The position numbers were made by a program, and so were the translations under genes. Below are positions 27,335 through 39,149 of a DNA stretch of 64,000 nucleotides, piece after piece (the stretch's first letter is position 1; the number at the start of each line of letters is the position of its first letter). The stretch covers positions 331,390,001 to 331,454,000 of the forward strand of contig OZ024743.1 of NCBI GenBank assembly GCA_964016885.1. Direction: 5' to 3'. The notes beneath the pieces are model-generated. The model was not told the DNA's origin. It saw only the letters and a program-made list of their open reading frames with translations, and made no database searches. The stretch comes from Eledone cirrhosa. Lineage: Eukaryota.

Positions 27335-28695
27335 TCATCATCATCAACGTTTAACGTCCGTGTTCCACGCTTGCATGGGTTTGGACGGGAGTTTTCCCAC
27401 TTGAGGCAAGAGTGGTTGTCTTGCTCGCATAGGACTGTCTGGCGGGTTTTCTACAGTTGGATGCCCTTCCTAACACCAACCACATTTACAGTGTGGGGCT
27501 GGGAGGTTTTTACCGTGTTGCCTACACGGCCACATTACAGCGTGGACTGTGTGTTTTTTTGTCGTGACACCTACACGATCTCATTTGTTTCGGCCTGGAT
27601 GTTGTGGCACCAACATAACTTTACATTGAAAGGGGCGGTGTGGATGGGGTGGGTGTGGTGGGATGGGGGTGTATTTTGTTAGAGATGCCTACTGACTGTA
27701 GTAGGTTTTACTTTGTATTTAGGTAAGGCGGGTCTTCTCTATTACTGAGTACCGCCAAAGAACTCGGTCCAGTGACATTGTCTTGGAGAGGTGTAAGTGT
27801 GTGAGGTCAGAATTTATCAAGTCATTCCAGATTTTTCTGGGTCTGCCTACTCCGTGGCTACCGTCTATTTTTATTGCCCTGCACTTTTTTATACAGCTGT
27901 CGTCTTTCATGCGCATCACGTGACCATACCAACATAGCCTTCTCTCGAGTAAACAACATCTGATCCCTCTTATTTCTAATTTTTTCCTTAGTTCGTTTAT
28001 GCTTTGCCGTTCACGTATATTACTATTACACATCCAGCAAAGCATGCAAGCTTCGTTCCTCTCTAGTCTGCGTATACCCTCTGCACACAATGCCCAGGTC
28101 TCACTGCCATGCAACATTGCTGTTCGTATGCAGGCATCATACAACCTGCCTTTCATTTTTAGGGAGAACCCTTTAGCAGCTAATAGTGGTATAAGCTCTC
28201 TGAACTTTTTCCATCCAGTTCTGACTCTAGCTAGTGTACTTTCAGAGCACCCTCCCCCACTGCTGATTTTGTCACCCAGGTAACGGAAGCTGTCCACTAT
28301 TTCTATAGAACCCTCTGCGCATTTGAAAGAGCTAGTATTTGTGGGCACTTGCTGCTACTTATTGCACCAGAGCACCGGCTACATGTAAAATCTATGTTCT
28401 TAGTTAGCTTACCTGTGATCTCACTACATCTTTTATGCACCCATACTTTGCATTTGGGACATAAATTGGAGTTTCTACCTACGCCTTTCCTACACACTGA
28501 GCATGGCCATTTCCCGGAAGGGACCGGCGCCTTATTTTCTTTCCTACAAACTAGAACTTTAGTCTTAGCCAGGTTAATTTTAAGGCCTTTTGATTCTAGG
28601 CCGTGCTTCCATGTTTGGAATTTCTTCTCTAGCTCGGCCATTGATTCAGCTATGAGCGTTAGATCATCTGCGTATAGGAGTTCCCATGGGCAGCC
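27335..28695 (-). mobile_element. 5'-truncated RTE LINE with 3' UTR and (TGA)n tail
   Basis: Starts at [11 protein letters not shown], includes the PHD-like finger, 1-nt frameshift near 28348, ends IEKTRLT*; close to the 31026-32512 copy. Confidence 0.95.
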
Positions 28696-28724
28696 GTATA
28701 TATATATATACATATATGTATATA

Positions 28725-28778
<54 letters not shown>

Positions 28779-28829
28779 TATACATATATATATATATATA
28801 CATATATATACATATATATATATATATAC

Positions 28830-28924
<95 letters not shown>

Positions 28925-28925
28925 C

Positions 28926-28988
<63 letters not shown>

Positions 28989-29005
28989 TATACATATATA
29001 TACAT

Positions 29006-29040
<35 letters not shown>

Positions 29041-29041
<1 letters not shown>

Positions 29042-29655
29042 GCTTCCGGCACCTAGGAGATCAGATTAGCATGGGAGGAGGGTGTCCCGAGGCCATAGTA
29101 TCTAGAATAAGGATGGGTTGGAAGAAGTTTAGGGAGCTGCTTCCTCTGTTGACGAAGAAGGGTTTTTCCCTGCGTACGAAAGGCCGGTTGTATGATGCCT
29201 GTGTGAGGAGCGCGATGCTGCATGGTAGTGAGACATGGGCAGCAACTGCAGAGGATATGCGACGGCTGGAGAGAAATGAGACAAGCAGGCTCCGTTGGAT
29301 GTGCAGTGTAAATGTGCGTGAACGACCCAGCATAAATGTGTTGAGAGAGAAACTGTGTCTGAGAGGGATAGAATGTAGTGTACGGGAGAGGAGACTGAAG
29401 TGGTATGGACATGTGATGCGCATGGACGATGACCGATGGGTGAAGAAGTGCCAGGAATTGCCAGTTGAAGGAAGACGTGGTAGAGGTAGACCACGAAAAA
29501 CATGGGCGGAGGTGGTGAGAACAGACCTCAGATCATTGAAGCTCACGGTGGAGATGACGAGGGACCGTGACGAGTGGAGAGTCGCTGTGCTGAATAAGAC
29601 CCGTCCCACCCTTGCAAGCAGGGAAAAGCGGACGTAAAATGATGATGATGATGAT
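29041..29655 (+). mobile_element. 5'-truncated RTE LINE, second subfamily
   Basis: [36 protein letters not shown]; the ORF runs into a (TGA)n tail with essentially no 3' UTR. Confidence 0.93.
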
Positions 29656-29671
29656 ATATACGTATATATAC

Positions 29672-29744
<73 letters not shown>

Positions 29745-29796
29745 TATATACATATATATATACATATATATATACATATACATATACATATATATA

Positions 29797-30158
29797 CAAG
29801 CAAATTATAAATGTAAACATGTAAGTATGTTTTTGAAACGGTGCGCGAGTTTGAAAATTAGAAATTAGAAATTATAAGCTTTCACAGTATTTTAGACTAA
29901 AGAAATTTCTAGCCTGATAGTGGGGTTTATAACCCTCGGAGAAATGGAAAAAGATGAGTGTTGCCGTACATGGGAGACGAACCCACATCTTTGGTTATCC
30001 AGACCAATGTGCTACCATTCCGAAAGAGGTGGGTTCGTCTCCCATGTACGGCAACACTTATTTTTTTCCATTTCTCCGAGGGTTATAAACCCCACTATCA
30101 GGCTAGAAATTTCTTTAGTCTAAAATACGGTGAAAGCTTATAATTTCTAATTTCTAAT
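29797..30158 (-). mobile_element. tRNA-headed short element with ~136-bp inverted duplication
   Basis: Arms 29857-29992 and 30023-30158; minus strand has tRNA-like gaatggtagcac...gggttcgtctccc; flanked by (TA)n. Confidence 0.65.
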
Positions 30159-30195
30159 ACATATATATATATATATACATATATATACATATATA

Positions 30196-30430
30196 TCATC
30201 ATCATCATCATCATCGTTTAACATCCATTTTCCACGCTAGCATGGGTCTGGACGGGAATTGTCCCACTTGAGGCAAGATTGGTTGTCTTGCTCAGGACTG
30301 TCTGGCGGGTTTTCTATAGCTGGATGCCCTTCCCAACACCAACCACGTTTACAGTGTGGACTGGGAGGTTTTTACCGTGTTACCTACATGGCCACATTAC
30401 AGCGTGACTGTGTGTTTTTTTGTCATGACA
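30196..30430 (-). mobile_element. RTE 3' UTR fragment
   Basis: Homologous to 27335-27570. Confidence 0.8.
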
Positions 30431-30480
30431 TATATATATATATATATATACATATGTATATATATACATATTTTTTTTTT

Positions 30481-30699
30481 GAAACGATCGACTTTCGTCA
30501 AATCGGACCGAGGGAACAAAGTTTCCGTTGGTCTTTCCAATTGCTAATACTATCTATCAGTCGCAACTCCAAGTAGAAGGAGCAACGTGAAATAAAGTGT
30601 CTTGCTCAAGGACATAACGCATCACCTGGTCCAGGAATCGAACTTACAACCTTACGATTGCGAATCCAATTCTCTAACCACTCAGCCACACGCCTTCAC
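30481..30699 (-). mobile_element. tRNA/CORE-like SINE (same subfamily as 35605-35820)
   Basis: A-box tggctgagtgg, B-box gttcgattcc, CORE-like block and a distinctive tail. Confidence 0.8.
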
Positions 30700-30742
30700 T
30701 ATATATACATATATATATACATATATATATACATATATATAC

Positions 30743-30773
<31 letters not shown>

Positions 30774-30784
30774 CATATATATAC

Positions 30785-30821
<37 letters not shown>

Positions 30822-31025
30822 CATATATATACATATATATATACATATATATATATATACATATATACATATATACATACATATATACATATATACATAT
30901 ATATATACATATATACATATATACATACATATATACATATATATATACATATATACATATATATATACATATATACATATATATATACATATATATATAT
31001 ATATACATACATATATACATACATA

Positions 31026-33990
31026 TCATCATCATCATCATCATCATCAGGTTTAGCGTCCGTGTTCCACGCTTGCATGGGTTTGGACGGGGGTTTTCCC
31101 ACTTGAGGCAAGAGTGGTTGTCTTGCTCGCATAGGACTGTCTGGCGGGTTTTCTACAGTTGGATGCCCTTCCTAACACCAACCACATTTACAGTGTGGGG
31201 CTGGGAGGTTTTTACCGTGTTGCCTACACGGCCACATTACAGCGTGGACTGTCTGGCTGGTTTTCTACAGCTGGATGCCCTTCCTAACACCAACCACATT
31301 TACAGTGTGGGGCTGGGAGGTTTTTACCGTGTTGCCTACATGGCCACATTTACAGCGTGGACTGTGTGTTTTTTGTCGTGACACCTACACGATCTCATTT
31401 GTTTCGGCCTGGATGTTGTGGGACCAACATAACTTTACATTGAAAGGGGCGGTGTGGGTGGGGTGGAGGTGGTGGGACGGGGGTGTGTTTTGATAGAGAT
31501 GCCTACTGACTGTAGTAGGTTTTTACTTTGTATTTAGGTAAGGCGGGTCTTCTCTATTACTGAGTACCGCCAAAGGTCTCGGTCCAGTGACATTGTCTTG
31601 GAGAGGTGTAAGCGTGTGAGGTCGGAATTTATCAGCTCGTCCCATGTTTTTCTGGGTCTGCCTACTCCGTGGCTACCGTCTATCTTTATTGCCCTGCACT
31701 TTGTTATACAGCTGTCGTCTTTCATGCGCATCACGTGACCGTACCAACGTAGCCTTCTCTCGAGTAAACAACATCTGATCCCTCTTATTTCTAATTTTTT
31801 CCTTAGTTCGTTTATGCTTTGCCGTTCACGTATATTACTATTGCACATCCAGCGGAGCATGCAAGCTTCGTTCCTCTCTATTCTGCGTATATCCTCTGCA
31901 CACAATGCCCAGGTCTCACTGCCATGCAGCATTGCTGTTCGTATGCAGGCATCGTATAACCTGCCTTTCATTTTTAGGGAGAACCCTCTAGCGGCTAATA
32001 GTGGTATAAGCTCTCTGAACTTTTTCCATCCAGTTCTGACTCTAGCTACTGTACTTTCAGAGCACCCTCCCCCACTGCTGATTTTGTCACCCAGATAACG
32101 GAAGCTGTCCACTATTTCTATAGAACCCTCTGCGCAGTTGAAGGAGCTAGTATTTTGTGGGCACTTGCTGCTACTTATTGCACCAGAGCACCGGCCACAT
32201 GTAAAATCTATGTTCTTAGTTAGCTTACCTGTGATCCCACTACATCTTTTATGCACCCATACTTTGCATTTGGGACATAAAATGGAGTTTCTACCTACGC
32301 CTTTCCTACACACTGAGCATGGCCATTTCCCCGATGGGACCGCCGCCTTATTTTCTTTCCTACAAACTAGAACTTTAGTCTTAGCCAGGTTAATTTTAAG
32401 GCCTTTTGATTCTAGGCCGTGCTTCCACGTTTGGAATTTCTTCTCTAGTTCGGTCATTGATTCAGCTATGAGCGTTAGATCATCTGCGTATAGGAGTTCC
32501 CATGGGCAGCCAGTCTTGAACTCCTCTGTTATAGCCTGAAGGGCAATAATAAATAGTAGGGGGCTAAGTACAGAGCCCTGATGGACACCAACTTTTACGC
32601 TAAACTCTTCACTATATTCGTTGTTAATTCTAACCTTACTGACTGTTTCTTTATACATGGCTTGTATAGCTCTCACAAGCCATTCGTCAACACCTAGTTT
32701 TCTAAGAGACCACCAGATAATGGAACGGGGTACTCTGTCGAAGGCTTTCTCCAAGTCGACAAAAGCTAAGTATAGGGGTTTACTTTTAGCTAGGTACTTC
32801 TCCTGTAGTTGTCGTACAATGAAAAGAGCGTCTGTGGTACTTTTGCCTGACACAAACCCGAACTGCATTTCATCTAGATCAATTCTCTCTCTGATTAGTT
32901 GCGCTATTACTTTTTCCGTGACCTTCATGACCTGGTCGATTAATTTAATGCCTCTATAGTTACTCCTATCTAGGGCATCTCCTTTTCCCTTATAGCAGTT
33001 AACGATGATGCTGCTACGCCATTCCTTCGGAACAACCCCATTCTGTACGACTTGGTTAACTATCCGGGTGACCATGGTGTGTCCCACCGAACCAGATGCC
33101 TTCAGCATCTCAGCAACTATTTCCGAAGGCCCAGCCGCCTTACCCGTCTTCATATCTTTGATTGCCTTACTTATTATACTACCTTCAACTAACACTGCTG
33201 GTCCCTCTATTGGATCGATCTGGGGGAGACTGTCTTTCTCCCATTTGTTCTCCTCATTTAGAAGCCTTTCGTAGTGACACTTCCAAGCTACCTTCTTATC
33301 AGCGTCGGTGATGGCAAGTATGCCATCATCGTTAAGTACACACTTCTCCCCGACAATATCACGGTTTTCCTTGACACATTGCCTGGCAATCCTGAACACC
33401 TCACGTTTTTGGTCCTCACGTTGTAGAACATGCTTGAACTTTCTTTCCTCTGCTTCCCTTCTTGCGAAGTACACTTGTCTCCTAGCTTCCCTCCTGGCCA
33501 CTTGATAGTCTTCTCTACTTCCCCCATCCCGCCATACTTTCCAAGCCTGCTTTTTGGCCTTAATCGACTCCTCCACCTTACTGTTCCACCACCATGTTAC
33601 TCTCCTCCTACCTACAGGCCTGCTCCAGCCACAGACTTCGTCTGCCGCCGTCAGCAGGTTTGCTCTCAGGAATTCCCACTGTTCCTCTATATTATACGAC
33701 TCTAATTGCTCTTCCTTACTGTCGAAAGCGTCAAGTAATTTGCTTTGAAATTTATTTCTGGCTATGGGGTCCTTTAGCTTCCATATTTTTCTCCTGAGGA
33801 TAGTCCTCTTCCGCTGTCTAGTACGTCTCGTCCTGACTATGAGGTCGCTAATTATCAGTCTATGTTGGGAGGTGAATTCTTCATGGGGGTGGGATTTAGT
33901 GTTAACAACAGACACTCTGTCACGTCTTCTGGTAAGGATATAATCTACCTGGCTTGTGTGTTCCCCCGATCTATAGGTGATCAAGTGATT
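31026..33990 (-). mobile_element. Young RTE LINE, 5'-truncated within the endonuclease; 816-aa ORF 31534-33984
   Basis: SQVDYIL/SQHRL endonuclease end, NYRGIKL, AFVDLEKAFDRV, GVHQGS, YADD, PHD-like finger, [15 protein letters not shown]; ~500-bp 3' UTR with (TGA)n tail. Confidence 0.97.
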
Positions 33991-34172
33991 GTCTCGTTTT
34001 TATACATATATACATATATATATACATATATACATATATATATACATATATACATATATATATATATACATATATACATATATATATACATATATACATA
34101 AATATATACATACATATATACACATATATATATATATATATATATACATGTGTATATATATATATATATATA

Positions 34173-34379
34173 TAACGAAGGAAATGTGGTAAGGAACCAG
34201 GTGGACCATAACGCACCAAAGTACTCAATACTTAGGGTAGTAGAGTGGGTAATAGGAACCAGTAAGACCCCGACGGCTGAGCTCAAGCCGTTTCGACGGC
34301 TAATTCTGGACTAAATTTAGTCCAGAATTAGCCGTCGAAATGGCTTGAACTCAGCCGTTGAGGTCTTACTGGTTCCTAT
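34173..34379 (-). mobile_element. Fold-back Penelope-like pLTR fragment containing the 3' half of a hammerhead
   Basis: Spacerless palindrome 34252-34379; minus strand GAAA-CGGCTTGAGCTCAGCCG-TC-GGGGTC; tail shared with 14199-14278. Confidence 0.7.
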
Positions 34380-34404
34380 ATATATATATATATATATATA
34401 TATT

Positions 34405-34570
34405 TCATCATTTTACATCCGCTTCTCCCTGCTTGCAAGGGTGGGACGGGAACTGATTCTGGCTTGATTTCTACAGCTGGATGCCCTTCCTAACACCAAC
34501 CTCATTTACAGTGAGTGCTGGGTGCTTTTTTGCCGTGGCACCTCCACGACCACTTTGCAGTGGAATGATA
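34405..34570 (-). mobile_element. 5'-truncated RTE-tailed SINE
   Basis: Near-identical to 52585-52748. Confidence 0.8.
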
Positions 34571-34583
34571 TATATATATATAT

Positions 34584-34614
<31 letters not shown>

Positions 34615-35156
34615 CATACAATATATATATATATATATATGTGTGTGGCAGTATATACAGAATATATACACACACACAGAACCACATAATCTCACATGAA
34701 TTCTATGAAAAACACATTAGGTAATATAATTCCCTTGTAGTGTCTGTCCGCTCCGGTTTCATTCAATTAATTTGGCGCTGGATTAAAGTGTCATTGAAAT
34801 GTCTTGGAAATGAAAATGTGTAAATTTCTTGGTGTGTTTAGACATATAAAGCAAAACTAATATATACATATATATAATTGTTTCTACTTTAGGCACAAGG
34901 CCAGCAAATACCCAGTGCATTACTGGTACTTTATTTTATCGACCCCGTAAGGATGAAAGGCAAAGTCAACTAGAAATTGATTAACATAAATAAACATGAA
35001 TAATCACAGGAGATATATTATAAAATGCTCGGACCTATTTGTTAGAATCTTAGAGCTTATTTTGCGGGTGATATGGCGCATGTCTTTCTGGCATGACACC
35101 CACAATTTTGATTATCTTAATTTTGGATATAGATATATACATATATATATATATAT

Positions 35157-35307
35157 GTAGAAGTGGTAACACAACAGTTAGTTCACCATACCGAGAACAA
35201 TTGTTGTGAAACAATTGTGAACTAACTGTTGTGTTACCACTTCTACCTAACTCGTCCTATGGACTGAGTGCTCTACCACTACGGATATTACCTTCCAGTG
35301 TTCTACC

Positions 35308-35310
<3 letters not shown>
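35157..35310 (+). repeat. Short fold-back element (30-bp perfect inverted arms)
   Basis: 35157-35186 is the reverse complement of 35217-35246; lies between (TA)n and (TC)n; contains GAAA-CAATTG. Confidence 0.7.
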
Positions 35311-35377
<67 letters not shown>

Positions 35378-35563
35378 GGAGGCTTAGTAAAATCGAATCT
35401 TTGGCGGTGTGCAAGCAAAGTCGACCTACGATATGAATGAGTTAGCAAAGCACTCGACAAGGTAGTTCCTTAGAGTAATAACATACGTTTAAATAGCTTG
35501 ACAAATTGAACATTGTGGCAGGCAAAATCTAACACACAATACCAAAGCAACAAAAGAACTAAA

Positions 35564-35602
<39 letters not shown>

Positions 35603-35604
35603 GG

Positions 35605-35820
35605 AACGATCGACTTTCGTCAAATCGGACCGAGGGAACAATGTTTCCGTTGGTCTTTCCAATTGCTAATACTATCTATCGGTCGCAACTCCAGGTAGAA
35701 GGAGCAACGTGAAATAAAGTGTCTTGCCCAAGGACATAACGCATCGCCTGGTCCAGGAATCGAACTCACAACCTTATGATTGCGAATCCAATTCTCTAAC
35801 CACTCAGCCACACGCCTTCA
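35605..35820 (-). mobile_element. tRNA/CORE-like SINE
   Basis: Near-identical to 30481-30699. Confidence 0.8.
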
Positions 35821-35889
35821 TATATATATATATAATAATAATAATAATAAAAGGACGATTTTTTAAGCCTTTGTTACGTTTATTGAGTA

Positions 35890-35972
35890 GTGACGCACGT
35901 TTCACTATTGATCAGCTCAAGGTTCGATCTGTATTGATCTGGCCTTGCTCTCGAATCAAAAGCTCGTCGGAC
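35890..35972 (-). ncRNA. Degenerate hammerhead motif with extended stem II
   Basis: Minus strand: gt-CCGACGA (cf. CTGACGA)-GCTTTTGATT..CAAGG..GATC..GATC..CCTTG..GATCAATAGT-GAAA-CGTGCG-TC-ac, then AATAAA. Confidence 0.6.
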
Positions 35973-36030
35973 ATCTGCTGTGATAGTGACAGAATACACA
36001 CACACACACACACACACATACATACATACA

Positions 36031-36198
36031 TATTTAGAAATGAAGAAAATCTCGAACACAGAAAAATAGCTATGAAAACAGCTTAGGAAATTAGGTAAAA
36101 ATACCCCTATAGGCGGAAAAAGTGGCCAGCAGCCACTGCCGAGAATCGATCTCTCTACCTCTCAGATTTCGACAGTGCTCTATACCATTGAGCTAAAC
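36031..36198 (-). mobile_element. tRNA-derived short element
   Basis: Minus strand TAGCTCAATGGtatagagca...gatcgattctc (A/B boxes) with AT-rich tail; not a foldable tRNA. Confidence 0.55.
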
Positions 36199-37194
36199 AC
36201 ACGTGTACATGCACACCCACACACGTGTGCGCATATGCACACATGCTTGTATAGATCTTTATAATTAAAAATGCAAGTGTCATATGACAACCACTTTGTG
36301 ACAAATTTGTTTAGGAAATGGTAATTTGATATCTTCCTCCCTACCTCTCTCACAAAGTGTTCACAAGATGGTCAGTTATAGGAACAACAGCTACCTGTAG
36401 CTATCTACTTTCCTATCTATCTATCTTTAGACAAAAGCATCTTTCTATCTATTTACATAAATGTCTATCTATCTGTCAGTCCATCTAGTTAGCTATTAGT
36501 TTTTTTTTTTCTATTCATCTATCTGTCTGTCTGTCTATGTATTTGTCTATCTACCTACCTGTCAATCTATCTACCTCCCTACCTCTCTAATTATCTACCT
36601 ACCTCTATATCTATCTGTCCACAAGTCTGTCTATCGGTCTTCTTGAATGTCAATCTATAGTTATCTATTTATGTATATTTACCAATATATCTATTTTTCT
36701 TAGACGAGAACAGTGTGGAAAGTATGTGGCTTAGTGGTTAGATTCACAAATGTGAGGTTCTGAGTTTGATTCCCTTTATTTCACATTGCTCCAGTTAATC
36801 AGCTGTAATAAGGAGTTGTGATGTTACTGGTGCAAATCCCAAGGTCATTCATGACCAAAGGGTCTTTACCCTTTATTCTAGACAAGAACAACAATAACAA
36901 CAACATACATACTATATAAACTATATATACACTATATATGATGGTGTCCAAGGGAAAAGGCAATGGCTAATACAGCTTGGGACCAATGATGTAAATCATT
37001 TCTACAGCTGAGTAACTGGAGCAATATGAAATAAAGAGTCTTGCTCAAAGACACAATGCATCGCTCGGTTCGAAAATTGAACTCACAACCTCCTGATTGT
37101 AAGCACAATGCTCTAACCACTAAGCCATGTATCTTCACAAACACAAGTGTTAACCTTAGCAAAGTGTAGTTATATGTATATGCTATATATATAT

Positions 37195-37690
37195 ACTAGA
37201 CCTGAAAAATGCGCAAGCTCAAAAGAGCCACAGAATGTTATAATAAACCTTCTAAAGTGTGGGACTAGAGTTGTTGCTCAAAAATATTGTAATCATTATC
37301 TATCGTACACTCTGTGGCATCCTTTTATAAAAAAGAGATTCATAACGAACTCAAGACGACACGATAATTATTTAAGTTAATGTTCAATATCTCATAATAG
37401 ATGTTTAGTAATGATTAATAAGAAATGCACTTAAACCGAATTCTATATTATAAATTCACTTAAATAATTATTGTGTCGTCTTGAGTTCGTTATGAGTATC
37501 TTTTTTATAAAAGGATGCCACAGAGTGTACGATAGATAATGATTACAATATTTTTTAGCAACAACTCTAGTCCCACACTTTAGAAGGTTTATTATAACAT
37601 TCTGTGGCTCTTTTGAGCTTGCGCATTTTTCAGGTCTAGTTTAATATTTTTTTAAGGCAACGCTTGTAATAACTCTAGTTAAACATGATA
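37195..37690. repeat. Fold-back element with 183-bp inverted arms
   Basis: 37195-37377 is the reverse complement of 37458-37640 with few mismatches; 80-bp spacer; extra tail on the right only. Confidence 0.85.
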
Positions 37691-39149
37691 TATATTAATA
37701 ATAAATTATCGTTGTAATGTAATTAGATTATATAATTGTTATTTTATAAATGATCTTATAAATATTATTGTAAGATGTTTAAAAATATTTTCAGACTTTT
37801 AATAGTTAATATAAATTTTTAAAATCATATAAATTAACAATATAACTTACCAAAACGAGAAAAATATGTTGATGATAAACGATGAAATACTGGAGGAAGA
37901 TTCGAAAACGAAACGATAAATAAACATGCAAACAAAGTGGCAGATGCTTTTAAGCAACAATTACTCTCATTGGTTGATTAGCCAATAAGACGATACATTA
38001 CAAAAGATGTTTGGGAGGCATCACCATGACCAGCGATGCCCCTTGAATTTTTTATCCACAAGCTATGCATGTATGTCAGACACGCAGACTTAAAACATTC
38101 TGTTGTTAGTCACTGCATGTCTAACAGATATGTATATATATGTACAGATGTATTTGTGTATATTCATATATATAAGTATTTATGTACACCTATATTTACA
38201 TACATATGTTCATGTGCATCGCTCAGTCCAAGAATCAAATCACAACCTCTTGATTGCAAGCCTGTGTGTATATTATTATATATAATGAATTAACTTTGCC
38301 TTTCATCCTTACGGGGGCGATAAAATAAAGTACCAGTAATGTACTGGGTAATTGCTGGCCTTGTGCCTAAAGTAGAAACAATTATATATAATGAAGTTGA
38401 TGTATATATGAGCTATAAGATTAAAAGTAAACATACAAACCTCACAGAACCATAGAATTGCAGTGATGTAATGGAGGGTGAGGGTGAGAAGTAGAGAATG
38501 TCTTGTCAGCTCAGCAAATAGTTAACCCTCCTATTACTATCATTGCCCCCACCATTGCCCTTTCTAACGATACTTACAAATCTAGGGTAGCATCTTTTAT
38601 ATACCCTTTCTCCCCCAGCCTACTCCACCACTCCATCGACCCACCAGATAGGGGTTTGTTTGATGTACAACAAACACTATCTTTCAACCATAACATCCTC
38701 TCAATATAACACCAGACCCTAAAATCTACCCACACCCACCGTCCCCTGAACCAGATGAGTTGTGAAAGTTCTTTTTTTCCGACATCAGTATGGAAGGTTT
38801 GCCAGGGGTACCCATATTATGTTTATTGTTAAATGTTATTGTTAAGTCATGTGACTTAGTGGGTAGGTTGTTTCAGACACAGTTGTATTAATTCCTGGTG
38901 AAACATTGTCTTCTTGAGCAAGATACTTTATTCTACTTTGCTTCAGTCCACTCAGCTGGCAAAAAATGAGTTGTACCTGCAACTTCTAACAGCCAGCATT
39001 GTCACATACAGTGTCATGCTGAATCTCCCTGAGAACTATTTTAATGATACAAATGACTGTATAATGCTCAGGCACTTACACATTAATTCCATTGACTAAA
39101 CAACTGGAATACGTGTTATTGGAACTGATGGAGATCTCGCACAGAAACC

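Noticed and set aside
31814-33797. Plus-strand ORFs overlapping the RTE (and similar ones over CR1 and Tx1)
   Set aside because: Antisense shadows of LINE coding sequence.
29960-36198. tRNA genes at the tRNA-like heads
   Set aside because: A/B boxes are present but there is no complete cloverleaf; these are SINE heads.
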